From Gemmatimonadales bacterium (GTDB lineage Bacteria; Gemmatimonadota; Gemmatimonadetes; Gemmatimonadales; Gemmatimonadaceae), in contig JBBSEY010000001.1 in the NCBI GenBank assembly GCA_038239265.1, forward strand, positions 3,325 to 67,324: a stretch of 64,000 nt of DNA, written 5' to 3'. The notes under the pieces were generated by a model, which saw only the letters and a list, made by a program, of their open reading frames with translations, was not told where the DNA came from and ran no database searches. Within the stretch, counting starts at the first letter, position 1, and each line of letters begins with the position of its first letter. Positions 36,679 through 46,163 of this stretch are shown piece after piece. The position numbers were made by a program, and so were the translations under genes.

Positions 36679-37382
36679 CAGCGTGCTCCTGCGCCAGTGA
36701 GCATTTGCGAGCGCTCGAGGAGCACCCCCTTCTCGAGATGCAGCACCGTCTTCGCCCGCTCGGCCGCTTTTGCATCGTGCGTGACGATCATGATCGTCTT
36801 GTGGAATTCGTCGTTCAACCGGCGAAGCAGCTCGAGCACTTCCTCGGAGCTCCTGGAGTCGAGCTGTCCCGTCGGCTCATCGAGCAGGATCAACGTCGGA
36901 TCGGCGACGATCGCACGCGCGATCGCGACGCGCTGCTCCTGACCGCCGGAGAGTTGCCTCGGAAAGTGATCCACGCGATCGGCGAGCCCCACCACTCCGA
37001 GCGCGATCTCCGTTCGCTCCGCCCGCTCCTTCTTGCCAAGGTTGGTGAGTAGCAGCGGAAGCTCGACGTTTTGATGGGCCGTGAGCACGGGGAGCAGGTT
37101 GTACGACTGGAAGACGAAGCCGATCGTGCGCGCGCGCCATGGCGCGAGCTGCGCCGATGTCATCGCGCTCACGTCCGCGCCGGCGACGCGCACGGTGCCG
37201 CTCGTCGGCTTGTCGAGCCCCGCGACGAGATTCAGAAGCGTCGACTTGCCGGAGCCCGAGGGCCCCATGAGCGCCGTGTAGCTCCCCTCCTCGAAGTCGA
37301 TCGAGAGCCCGCTGTAGACGTCCACACTCTGCGCCTCCCGCTTGAACGACTTGTAGACATCGCGGATTTCGACGAGCGCCAT
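36678..37382 (-). CDS. ABC transporter ATP-binding protein (MacB/LolD-like)
   Basis: Walker A GPSGSGKST, signature LSGGQEQR, Walker B ILLDEPT. Confidence 0.95.
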   Translation of the reverse strand: MALVEIRDVYKSFKREAQSVDVYSGLSIDFEEGSYTALMGPSGSGKSTLLNLVAGLDKPTSGTVRVAGADVSAMTSAQLAPWRARTIGFVFQSYNLLPVLTAHQNVELPLLLTNLGKKERAERTEIALGVVGLADRVDHFPRQLSGGQEQRVAIARAIVADPTLILLDEPTGQLDSRSSEEVLELLRRLNDEFHKTIMIVTHDAKAAERAKTVLHLEKGVLLERSQMLTGAGAR

Positions 37383-37425
37383 TGGAATTCCGTCGTTGGA
37401 GTTTGCATGAGGATGTCGGTAGGGT

Positions 37426-38670
37426 CTACGGCGCTTTCACGCGCATGCCCGCCACGGGAGATTCGACGCCGCCCACGAGTAGCTGCTCGCCGCCATCGAG
37501 CCCGGAGCGAATCTCGAAATAACCTCCACTCGCCGGCCCGGTCGACACCACGCGTCGTACGAGGCGGCTATCGCGTACGATCCAGACGACGGTGGCGCCG
37601 CTGTCGGTCTTTACCGCCGCCTCGGGAATGCGAATGGACACACGCGCAGGGACCGCACCCTTTTCGTCGCGTGGCGCTTCCGGTGCGAGGAAGTCGACCT
37701 TGGCTCCCATCTCCGGAAGGATGCGCGAGTCGTGATCCGTGATCGTGACCTTCACCTGTACCGTCGCGCGCTGGCGGTCCGCCGTGGGCACGACCTGTCG
37801 CGTGACGCCGCGGAACGAGGTATCCGGATATGCATCGAGTGTGATCCGCGCCCCCTGGCCGCTGCTGATGCGAGCGATGTAGGCCTCGTTCACATCGACC
37901 TCGACTTCGAGCGTGGTGAGATCGGCCATGGTGACGACGGCTCCCCGCGTGAGCCCCCCGCCCACCGACGGCGCCACCACCTCTCCAACCTCGGCGTCCT
38001 TTCTCAGAACCGTACCGGTAAAGGGCGCGCGAATGATCGTGTTGTCGTTGGTCGCCTCGGCCAGCTGCAGCGCCGCTTCCGCGCTCTGTTTCCTTGCGAT
38101 GGCCGCGCTGCTTCGCGCATCGGCCTGCGCCGACCGACTCGTCGCGAGCTCGTAGTCCTGCGAAGAGAGGAGCGTCGGATTGCTTGCACGAATGTCGCGG
38201 ACGCGGGCGGCCTCCCGCGCCAGCTGCTCCCGGTCCGCGGCGCTCTCGAGCACGCTGGCCTGTGCAGAGGATACGTTCGCGCGCGCCTGCGAGATCGCAG
38301 CCAGCAGGTCCGCATTGTCGAGACGCGCGATGATGTCGCCGCGATGCACGAACGATCCTTCGCTCACACCGAGGTAGGCGAGGCGCCCCGCAATCTTGGC
38401 GGAGACGGAGGCTTTCGTGCGCGCGACGACGTAGCCATTCGCGGTGACGCTCGTCGCTCCGCCAGAGGTGGAGCTCGGCGTACCACCAGCCGCGACTGTC
38501 ATCACCTGCACCGCCGGCGCTGCACGCAGCTTGAGCGCAAACACAGCGGCTGCGATGACGGCCATCGCGATCGCGAAGATGATGAGATTTCGAACGAGCG
38601 CACGGCGAACCGGCGCGGCGGGCGCATCGCGGTTGATGCGCAACTTGGAGAGATCGGCCGGGCTCGTCAT
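37426..38670 (-). CDS. efflux periplasmic adaptor subunit (HlyD/MacA family)
   Basis: 414 aa with an N-terminal TM anchor, a coiled-coil hairpin region (QARANVSSAQASV...AEAALQLAEA) and beta-barrel segments. Confidence 0.85.
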   Translation of the reverse strand: MTSPADLSKLRINRDAPAAPVRRALVRNLIIFAIAMAVIAAAVFALKLRAAPAVQVMTVAAGGTPSSTSGGATSVTANGYVVARTKASVSAKIAGRLAYLGVSEGSFVHRGDIIARLDNADLLAAISQARANVSSAQASVLESAADREQLAREAARVRDIRASNPTLLSSQDYELATSRSAQADARSSAAIARKQSAEAALQLAEATNDNTIIRAPFTGTVLRKDAEVGEVVAPSVGGGLTRGAVVTMADLTTLEVEVDVNEAYIARISSGQGARITLDAYPDTSFRGVTRQVVPTADRQRATVQVKVTITDHDSRILPEMGAKVDFLAPEAPRDEKGAVPARVSIRIPEAAVKTDSGATVVWIVRDSRLVRRVVSTGPASGGYFEIRSGLDGGEQLLVGGVESPVAGMRVKAP

Positions 38671-38861
38671 GGGGATTCTAAGCTATGGCGGCGGCCACTT
38701 CGCCGCGAGGTGTGAGTAGGCCGCTTTGCGCCGAAATACACCATCCATTCGCTACGTATGACGCACTATCGAGGAGTCGGCGGAAGCAGCGACGGGCTCT
38801 AGCGTGCCTGTCCGCACGATGTGCCTTTCAGTACGTTCTCTCGAGAACGTGAATTCACTCC

Positions 38862-40904
38862 ATGCGAGGCACCATGCACCTCACACGCCCCCTCGTGGCA
38901 GCGCTCGCGCTCACGACGAGCATCTTCGCCCGTGCCGCCGCACAGCAATCGGCCGACACTGCGCACTACGTCGTCCTCTTCTCCGGGCGCCCCGCGGGCG
39001 AGTATCGCGAGTGGTGGACCAAAGGCGAGCTGCATTCCGTCTACGAGTACAACGATCGGGGTCGCGGACCTCACGAGGAAGGGGTGCTTCGCACTGGGCC
39101 TGGTGGTGTGCCGATCTCGAGCTCGATCGTTGGCCACGGCTACCTGAAGGACAGCGTCGACGAGCACTTCTCGACCGCGGGCGGACGTGCGACGTGGAAG
39201 ACGTCGAGCGAGCATGGCTCGCATCCCGACGATGGCAGCGCGTACTACGTGTCTACCACCGAATCCCCTGTCGGCTCGCAGCTGCTGATCAAGGCCGCGC
39301 TCGCGAACGGTGGCCGCGTGGCGCTCCTGCCGAGCGGTGAGGCGAGCGTCGTGAAGTCGGGGGAGATGACGATCACGGCGAGCGGGAAGCCGGTGCACGT
39401 CGTTCACTACGACGTGGGCGGCTTCGGATTCTCACCCTTTCCGCTCTGGCTCGACGACAGCGGTGACCACTTCGCCTCCGTGTCGGCGTGGTCGAGCATC
39501 GTGCCCGCGGGATGGGAATCGGGTGTGCCGGCGATGATCGAGGCGCAGGACGAGGCGCGCGGCGAGCGTTACTCGCGTCTCGCGCGCAAACTGTCGCACA
39601 GGCCGGCCGGTGCGCTCGTGATTCGGAACGCAAGACTGTTCGTCGCCGAGACGCAGGCGGTGCGCGAGGGACAGACGGTGGTGATGACGGGCGATCGCAT
39701 CACGGCCGTCGGCACGGATGGGGAGGTGTCGATCCCCGCGGGCGCGACGGTCATCGACGCGGCTGGCAAGATGCTGATTCCCGGGCTCTGGGACATGCAC
39801 GTGCACATGCAGGCCGGCGACGATGGGCTCATGCACATCGCGGCAGGCGTCACGAACGCGCGTGACATGGGGAACGACACCATCTCGGTACTTGCGCTCC
39901 AGAAGCAGTTTGCGTTGGACTCGCTCATCGGCCCGCGGCTCATGCTCTCGGGGCTCATCGACGGCTCCGGACCGTACCAGGTGCCCACCGGGTTGCTCGC
40001 CGATGATGAAGCCACCGCGCGGAAGGATGTCGACTGGTACGCGGCGCACGGCTACGAGCAGATCAAGATCTACAGCTCGATGAAGCCCGAGCTCGTGCCG
40101 GCCATCATCGCGGAGGCGCACGCGAAGGGGCTGCGCGTGAGCGGCCACGTGCCCGCGTTCATGACGGCGTCCGAGGTCGTCACGCTTGGCTTCGACGAGG
40201 TGCAGCACGCCAACATGCTGCTGCTCAACTTCATGGACACGGTAAAGGACACGCGCACGATGGCGCGCTTCACGGCCGTCGGCGCCGCGGGGAAGGATCT
40301 CGACCTCGACTCCCCGCGCGTGCGCGCGTTCGTCGCGCTCTTGAAGGCCCATCACACGAGCATCGACCCGACGCTCACGACGTTCGAGGGAATGTTCACG
40401 GCGCGTCGGGGAACCGTCGATCCGAACCAGGCGATGATCGCAGACCGGATGCCGCCGCAGGTGCAGCGCGGCTTCTACGGCGGCGGGTTGCCCGTGACGG
40501 GCGAATTGGATCAGCGCTTTCGAGACGCCTTCAGCGAGATGAAGGGGATCGTGAAGGCGATGTACGATGCGGGAGTGCCGATCGTGGCGGGGACGGACAA
40601 CGGGCCCGTGGGCTTCCAGCTGCTGCGGGAGCTCGAGCTGTACGCGCAGGCGGGAATCCCTGCGCCCAAGGTGCTCGAGATCGCGACGATTGGCGCGGCG
40701 CGCGTGATGCACCACGAGAAGGACCGTGGATCGATCGCGGTGGGAAAGGTGGCGGACATCGTACTGATTGATGGCGATCCCACCACGAACATCACCGACG
40801 TCCGGAAATCGGTAATGGTCATCAAGGATGGGATTCGCTTCGATCCGAGGGAGCTGTACGCCGCGGTCGGCGTCAAGCCGTACCGGAGCCCGACGCTTCC
40901 TTAG
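38862..40904 (+). CDS. amidohydrolase-family protein with N-terminal extension, secreted
   Basis: 680 aa with a signal peptide (LALTTSIFARAAAQ). Metal motif PGLWDMHVHM and a C-terminal GTD...D pattern of the amidohydrolase superfamily. Confidence 0.8.
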   Translation: MRGTMHLTRPLVAALALTTSIFARAAAQQSADTAHYVVLFSGRPAGEYREWWTKGELHSVYEYNDRGRGPHEEGVLRTGPGGVPISSSIVGHGYLKDSVDEHFSTAGGRATWKTSSEHGSHPDDGSAYYVSTTESPVGSQLLIKAALANGGRVALLPSGEASVVKSGEMTITASGKPVHVVHYDVGGFGFSPFPLWLDDSGDHFASVSAWSSIVPAGWESGVPAMIEAQDEARGERYSRLARKLSHRPAGALVIRNARLFVAETQAVREGQTVVMTGDRITAVGTDGEVSIPAGATVIDAAGKMLIPGLWDMHVHMQAGDDGLMHIAAGVTNARDMGNDTISVLALQKQFALDSLIGPRLMLSGLIDGSGPYQVPTGLLADDEATARKDVDWYAAHGYEQIKIYSSMKPELVPAIIAEAHAKGLRVSGHVPAFMTASEVVTLGFDEVQHANMLLLNFMDTVKDTRTMARFTAVGAAGKDLDLDSPRVRAFVALLKAHHTSIDPTLTTFEGMFTARRGTVDPNQAMIADRMPPQVQRGFYGGGLPVTGELDQRFRDAFSEMKGIVKAMYDAGVPIVAGTDNGPVGFQLLRELELYAQAGIPAPKVLEIATIGAARVMHHEKDRGSIAVGKVADIVLIDGDPTTNITDVRKSVMVIKDGIRFDPRELYAAVGVKPYRSPTLP

Positions 40905-40960
40905 CGATCTGCGTGCGGACTACCGCAGCTGTCGGCGATTGCCGAATCGACGTGGCACCT

Positions 40961-41659
40961 TCACGCGCGAAGCGTGGACATGCCGCCGTCTACTCCCCAG
41001 ACCTGGCCGGTGATCCACCGCGACTGGTCGCCAAGGAGGAACAACGCCGTCGCGGCGACGTCGTCGGGCTCACCGATCTGTCGGAGCGGGTGGCGGTCCC
41101 TGCTCCCCTGCACTCGCTCCTCGCTCGCGAGGAGTCGCGCGGCGAGCGGCGTGTTCGTCAGCGAGGGCGCCACGGCATTCACTCGGATTCGCGGCGCCCA
41201 TTCCGCCGCGAGGGAGCGAGTGAGTCCTTCCACGGCGCCCTTGGCCATTGAGACGGAGGCATGAAAGGGCATCCCCTGACGGACCGCGACAGTGCTGAAG
41301 AGTACCACGCCGGGGTGCTCTCCTGCCTTGAGGGCGTTCGCCGTCGCCTGCAGCACGCGCACGGCACCGAGTGCGGAGACGCGGAAGTCGTCCAGGAAGT
41401 CCGTTTCTCGAAGCGCCGCGAAGGACTTCAGGTTCATGCTTCCAGGACAGTACGCTACGCCGTCGAGTGAGGGAGGCAGACTCAGCGACGCGAAGTCGAC
41501 CTGAAGTACGTCAGCCTGCCGTTCGCTGAGGCCGGGCATGGCGATGCCCGAGGCGCGTCGCGAAAGCCCAACGACCGCGTGGCCCGCCTTGAGAGCGAGC
41601 TTGGTGAGTGCGAGTCCGATTCCGCTCGAATGCCCGACGACCAGATACGTGCGCTTCAC
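40961..41659 (-). CDS. SDR-family oxidoreductase (atypical active site by eye)
   Basis: GTG start. Cofactor motif VVGHSSGIGLAL. IRVNAVAPS is present. The expected YxxxK reads VSMAK (no Tyr at the aligned position by eye). Confidence 0.8.
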   Translation of the reverse strand: MKRTYLVVGHSSGIGLALTKLALKAGHAVVGLSRRASGIAMPGLSERQADVLQVDFASLSLPPSLDGVAYCPGSMNLKSFAALRETDFLDDFRVSALGAVRVLQATANALKAGEHPGVVLFSTVAVRQGMPFHASVSMAKGAVEGLTRSLAAEWAPRIRVNAVAPSLTNTPLAARLLASEERVQGSRDRHPLRQIGEPDDVAATALFLLGDQSRWITGQVWGVDGGMSTLRA

Positions 41660-41817
41660 TCCGCCTGCTGCGACAGCGTCGTTCGCGGTTCGCGCCCTGC
41701 CCGATCCTTCTTTTCCGCTCGTTCATCGATTCCGGCGGCGAACACCAGTGCGATGATCACGGTCGCCGCCGGGATGGTGATCAGGACTCCCACGACGAAC
41801 AGGCCCAGGTTATTCAA
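41656..41817 (-). CDS. possible 53-aa single-TM protein (below ORF-track cutoff)
   Basis: TTG 41817 gives LNNLGLFVVGVLITIPAATVIIALVFAAGIDERAEKKDRAGREPRTTLSQQAE. Its TGA overlaps the GTG start of the SDR gene (GTGA), and its start overlaps the upstream small ORF by 8 nt. Confidence 0.35.
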   Translation of the reverse strand: MNNLGLFVVGVLITIPAATVIIALVFAAGIDERAEKKDRAGREPRTTLSQQAE

Positions 41818-42004
41818 GCCGGTCACCGCTGATCAGGAGGGCGACGCATCCGAACGAGAGGATAGATGGCACCCACAGCCCCACGAACAGTCCCTGTTCG
41901 TGGCTCCCTGTGAACCACAGCGTAACGGACAGGAGGAAAGAGACGAAGGCGGCGAGGAGAATGGTCAGCCCGGCACGGCGGCGGAGGTTGCGGCGTGGCA
42001 TCAT
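41810..42004 (-). CDS. small two-TM membrane protein
   Basis: 64 aa: basic N-terminus RRNLRRR, then two hydrophobic helices (LTILLAAFVSFLLSVTLWF, LWVPSILSFGCVALLI). Confidence 0.45.
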   Translation of the reverse strand: MMPRRNLRRRAGLTILLAAFVSFLLSVTLWFTGSHEQGLFVGLWVPSILSFGCVALLISGDRLE

Positions 42005-42099
42005 CGGAGAAGATCGTGAGGAGTCGGGCGGGTATCGTCGTGCGGCAGTCGCGCACTGCGAGTTAAGGAGCGGCAGAGAAGGATTGTTTCAGCACGTTT

Positions 42100-42462
42100 C
42101 TAGCGCGCGGCAGCCAGCAGGATGTACAGGTTCAGGCATAGGAGAAGCACTGCTGGGATCGCCGACACCAGGGGATCACGCACGCGCAATCGCAGGACGA
42201 TCGCTCCGAGCATCATGCCCGCGAGCCCGCCAGCGGAAAGGAGCAGCAAGGGGCGAAAGCGGAGACCGGCGAGCAGTCCTGCCCCCGCCGCAATCTCCAA
42301 CGCGCCGGTGAGGGCGCGATACGGTGCGAGATGGTAACGCTCGAACTCCGCCACCATCGCGCGCGAACCGAACAGGCTCGCGCCGTACAGGAGGAAGGCA
42401 AGGCTCGATACTGCGGCCGCGATCGTGATGCTGCGATGCATTTCTTCTCCGCGTAAGGCCAT
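42100..42462 (-). CDS. DoxX-family membrane protein
   Basis: 120 aa with four hydrophobic segments. The pattern F...G......LE..AG..LL is typical of DoxX-like proteins. Confidence 0.65.
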   Translation of the reverse strand: MALRGEEMHRSITIAAAVSSLAFLLYGASLFGSRAMVAEFERYHLAPYRALTGALEIAAGAGLLAGLRFRPLLLLSAGGLAGMMLGAIVLRLRVRDPLVSAIPAVLLLCLNLYILLAAAR

Positions 42463-42512
42463 AGATTCGGTATGCTGAACGGCTCGCTCACTTCACTGCG
42501 GCGGTAACTCCG

Positions 42513-42887
42513 ATGGGTCCACTCATTATCATTTTCCAGATCGTTGCGGCGCTCGGCCTGCTGAACGTATGGCTGCTACGCGCCAACCGAAGCACTGAAT
42601 TTAGAGGTGCCGACGCGCGGAACATGCGCCAGGAGTTCGCGGCATACGGCCTGCCCAATTGGATGGTCGTCGTCGTCGGTGTCCTCAAGGTGGGCGCGGC
42701 ACTCGCACTGATCGCCGGGATCTGGTATCGCCAGCTGGTCATTCCTGCGGCGCTGCTCATCTGCGTGCTCATGCTCGGCGCGCTGGCGATGCACTTCAGG
42801 ATTCACGACCCGCTGCGGAAATCCGCGCCGGCCGCTGGCATGCTCGCCCTCGCAGTTCTCATCGTTGTGGGATCCGTGTACGGCTGA
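42513..42887 (+). CDS. DoxX-like family membrane protein
   Basis: 124 aa with four hydrophobic segments (VAALGLLNVW, VLKVGAALALIAG, MLGALAMH). It is divergent from the other DoxX gene. Confidence 0.65.
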   Translation: MGPLIIIFQIVAALGLLNVWLLRANRSTEFRGADARNMRQEFAAYGLPNWMVVVVGVLKVGAALALIAGIWYRQLVIPAALLICVLMLGALAMHFRIHDPLRKSAPAAGMLALAVLIVVGSVYG

Positions 42888-42992
42888 ACAGCCAGCGGGG
42901 ATGAGAGCATCTGGGGCAAGACCCTAGTCTGCTTCTCGCGGGGGCGCGACCGCTCTATCATTCTTCGTTCCCCTTCGCGCCGGGTTCATCGC

Positions 42993-45461
42993 ATGCTAGT
43001 CGAGCAGAGAGTCGTCTGTCCCCTGCTCATCGGCCGCGACGCACCGCTAGCCGCGGGCTTCAACGCACTCGACCGGGTTCGAAGCGGCGACGGCGGCGCG
43101 GTACTCGTATCGGGCGAGGCCGGAATAGGCAAGTCGCGATTTGTGCGCGCCCTGGTGGAGCGCGCTCGCGCGACCGGTTTTCTCTCGCTGCACGGCGCGT
43201 GCTTCGAAACCGACCGCGCCCACCCGTATGCGCCCCTCCTCGACCTGGTGCGCACCTGTGCGTCGACCACATCCCCTGCGCTCGCCGCGCACTATTTCGA
43301 GGGCGCCTCGGCCGAGCTCGTGACGCTCTTCCCCGAGCTTCGATCGATCTTTCCGGAGTCGGTCGCGCGAGGAGCGGTCGATCCGGACGACGATCGTCGT
43401 CGCCTCTTTCACTCGTTCACTGCGGCCATCAACGCGCTCGGCAGCGTGCAGCCACTGCTGCTGGTGATCGAGGATGTGCACTGGAGCGACGATGCGACGC
43501 TGGATCTCATGCTGCACCTCGCCCGTGGAATCACATCACAGGCGATTGCACTCGTTCTGACGTTTCGCAGCGATGAGATCGGATTGCGGCTTCATCGTCT
43601 GCTGGCGGATTTCGATCGCGCGCATTGCGCATCGGAGCTGAAGCTGCGGCCGCTGGCGGAATCGGACGTCTCGACGATGCTGCAATCGATCTTCGGAATG
43701 CAGGCTGCCTTCGGCACTCCCTTCGTCGGCTCGCTGCACGAGATCACCGAGGGAAATCCGTTTTTCATCGAGGAGATGCTGAAGGCGCTGCTCGAGGACG
43801 GTGATCTGATCAAAAGAGATGGCGCGTGGCGCGCCAAATCGCTGGAGCTGCTCCCGGTCCCACGCACCGCCACGGAGGCCGTCGCGCGCCGACTCTCGGC
43901 ACTCACCGCTGAGGCGCGCGAGGTTGCATCGATCGCCGCCGTTGCCGGCCGCCGCTTCGATTTTGAGCTTCTCAAGACGCTCACACGGCATGACGAGCCG
44001 GAGCTTCTCGTGGTAGTGCGAGAGCTCGTCGATGCGCAGATCGTAGTGGAGGAAACCGCGGACCGTTTTGCCTTCCGTCACGCGCTCACGCGAGAAGCCA
44101 TGCGCGCGCGGCTGCTTGCGCGCGAGCGAGTCACTCTGCATCGGGCCATCGCCCACGCCCTCGCGCAGAAATACGACGAGCGCGCGCACGACGCGGACGA
44201 AGCGCTCTCCTATCACCTCTTCGAGGCCGGTGACTGGGACACGGCTCGACGCTACGCCCTTCGCGCGGCGGAACGCGCGCTGACGCTCAGCGCGCCGCGC
44301 GAGGCACTACAGCATTTCGACCGCGCGGTGACCGCAACCATCAACGCCGGCGTGAGGCCCGGCGCCGTGCTCCTCACGGGCCGAGGACGGGCGAATGAGA
44401 TCCTTGGCTTCTTCGATCAGGCAGGGGAGGACTTCGGCGCCGCCCTGCTCGTGGCTCGCGAGACCGGGGACGATCGCTCCGCGTGGCTCGCTCTGCACGC
44501 GCTCGGAATGTTGTGGGCCGCGCGCGACTACGAGCGCGCGGGCGACTATCGCCGCACTGCACTCGAGGTCGCGCGAGGCATCGATGATCCGTCGCTCATC
44601 GCGCGCAGTCTCAATCGGGTCGGTAACTGGTTCGTCAACCGCGAAGACCCGCGCGCTGGAATTCCATACCACGATGAAGCGCTCTCGATCTTCGAGAGGG
44701 CAGACGACCAGCGTGGCGTCGCCGAGACTGTCGATCTGCTGGCGATGTCGTACCACATGGCGGGTGCGCAGCAGCGCGCCGTGGCCGCGTACGAGCGATC
44801 CATCGATCTATTCTCCGCGGGAGACGATCGCCGCGCGTTGACCAATGCGCTTTCGGTGATCCTGGCATGCGGGCCCAGTCACCACGCATCGGCCGGCGCT
44901 GTCACTGCGAGCATCCATGCGGGCGAGCTGCTCGCGAGCGAACGCGCGATCCGCCTCGCCGGCGACATCGGCTGGCGTGCGGGGGAGGCGTTCTCACGAT
45001 ATCTCTTCGCCGACTGCCTCGCGTGGCGCGGGGAGTACGCGCGCGCGCTCCGCCTCGCCCGCGCGTCGCTGTCGATCGCGGAAGAGATCGAGCATCTCGA
45101 ATGGCAATGCGGCGCGCGACGCGTGCTCGGCGTGATTGCCCTCGATCTCTTCGACGTGGCTGGCGCTCTCGCGCAGCTGACCGCGGCCCATGCCATCGCG
45201 GAGCGCCTCGGATCTGCGACGTGGCTTCGCTGGACTGGCGCACCGATGGCGATCGGATTGGCTCGCGCATCCCGGCCGGACGAAGCTGCGACCGTTCTCG
45301 ATGCCGTCGATCGAAGAGTCCCACTCTCCGCTACGAACGGGATCGCGCGCGCGAACCGCACCCTGGGCGAGCGTTTCATGAATCTCGCGCGGGCCGAGAT
45401 CGCATTGGCCAGGGGCGATGCGGCGACCGCAGTTGAGTTGATCGGCGACGGTGAATTCTAG
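42993..45461 (+). CDS. LAL/MalT-like AAA ATPase + TPR regulator, N-terminal 822 aa ending at an in-frame TAG
   Basis: Walker A GEAGIGKSRF and Walker B LLLVIEDVHWSD, followed by long helical/TPR-like repeats. The reading frame continues sensibly past TAG 45459-45461. Confidence 0.8.
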   Translation: MLVEQRVVCPLLIGRDAPLAAGFNALDRVRSGDGGAVLVSGEAGIGKSRFVRALVERARATGFLSLHGACFETDRAHPYAPLLDLVRTCASTTSPALAAHYFEGASAELVTLFPELRSIFPESVARGAVDPDDDRRRLFHSFTAAINALGSVQPLLLVIEDVHWSDDATLDLMLHLARGITSQAIALVLTFRSDEIGLRLHRLLADFDRAHCASELKLRPLAESDVSTMLQSIFGMQAAFGTPFVGSLHEITEGNPFFIEEMLKALLEDGDLIKRDGAWRAKSLELLPVPRTATEAVARRLSALTAEAREVASIAAVAGRRFDFELLKTLTRHDEPELLVVVRELVDAQIVVEETADRFAFRHALTREAMRARLLARERVTLHRAIAHALAQKYDERAHDADEALSYHLFEAGDWDTARRYALRAAERALTLSAPREALQHFDRAVTATINAGVRPGAVLLTGRGRANEILGFFDQAGEDFGAALLVARETGDDRSAWLALHALGMLWAARDYERAGDYRRTALEVARGIDDPSLIARSLNRVGNWFVNREDPRAGIPYHDEALSIFERADDQRGVAETVDLLAMSYHMAGAQQRAVAAYERSIDLFSAGDDRRALTNALSVILACGPSHHASAGAVTASIHAGELLASERAIRLAGDIGWRAGEAFSRYLFADCLAWRGEYARALRLARASLSIAEEIEHLEWQCGARRVLGVIALDLFDVAGALAQLTAAHAIAERLGSATWLRWTGAPMAIGLARASRPDEAATVLDAVDRRVPLSATNGIARANRTLGERFMNLARAEIALARGDAATAVELIGDGEF

Positions 45462-45543
45462 GGGACGCCCCGCGCCGCACTCCTGCGCGCGCAGGCACTC
45501 GCGACGCTCGAGCGCTGCGACGAGGCGAGTGTCGCAGTGAAGG

Positions 45544-46023
45544 TTGCTCGCGATGACGCGCGGCTGCAGGGCGCGCGCCCGCTGCTCTGGCGAATCGAAG
45601 CTGCCGAGGGATCCATGCATCTCGCGCGGCGCAGGCGGCTCGAGGCGCGACGGCTCTTCGACGCCGCGCGAGAGCTGGCGGCGGATCGGCGGAGCGCTCG
45701 ACGACGCGGCGCTCGAGGCGACATTTCGAAGTGGAGTCGATCGATTGGCACCACCCCCTTCGGTGCGCACAGCGAGCCAGCAGGCGAAGGCGACATTCGG
45801 CGGGCTCACACGCCGCGAGCGCGACGCCGCGGCGCTCGTCGCCCAGGGGAAATCCAATCGTGACATCGCGCGTCTGCTTGGTATCAGCGAGCGCACCGCA
45901 GAGGGCTACGTCGCGGCCGCGCTCGCAAAGCTCCACTACAGCGCGCGCACGCAGCTCGCGGTATGGGCGGCTGAGCAGGGACTCGTGACCAGGGACGGGG
46001 GGGTGGGCCACACCCGCGGCTGA
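45544..46023 (+). CDS. LuxR-type HTH segment (likely detached C-terminus of the LAL regulator)
   Basis: The C-terminal 70 aa, LTRRERDAAALVAQGKSNRDIARLLGISERTAEGYVAAALAKLHYSARTQLAVWA, form a GerE/LuxR HTH. The N-terminal ~45 aa of this ORF are Arg-rich out-of-frame sequence, so the true start is unclear. Confidence 0.55.
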   Translation: MLAMTRGCRARARCSGESKLPRDPCISRGAGGSRRDGSSTPRESWRRIGGALDDAALEATFRSGVDRLAPPPSVRTASQQAKATFGGLTRRERDAAALVAQGKSNRDIARLLGISERTAEGYVAAALAKLHYSARTQLAVWAAEQGLVTRDGGVGHTRG

Positions 46024-46163
46024 TCTGTCGGGAACACTGCTCGAACTGAAATTCCCCGTATTGGCCACGGGGTTTCGATGGCCACGCTTCGAGATCTTGC
46101 TCTCCACGAGCCGCCGGCAAAATGTCGAGCGGATTGATGACTGCTCAATAGTGGAGACATCGA

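Noticed and set aside
34373-38670. MacAB-like efflux set (adaptor, ATPase, two FtsX permeases) as something unusual
   Set aside because: The split ATPase plus paired permeases with a HlyD adaptor is a common DevCBA/MacAB-type arrangement. Nothing is atypical beyond the absence of a linked outer-membrane factor gene.
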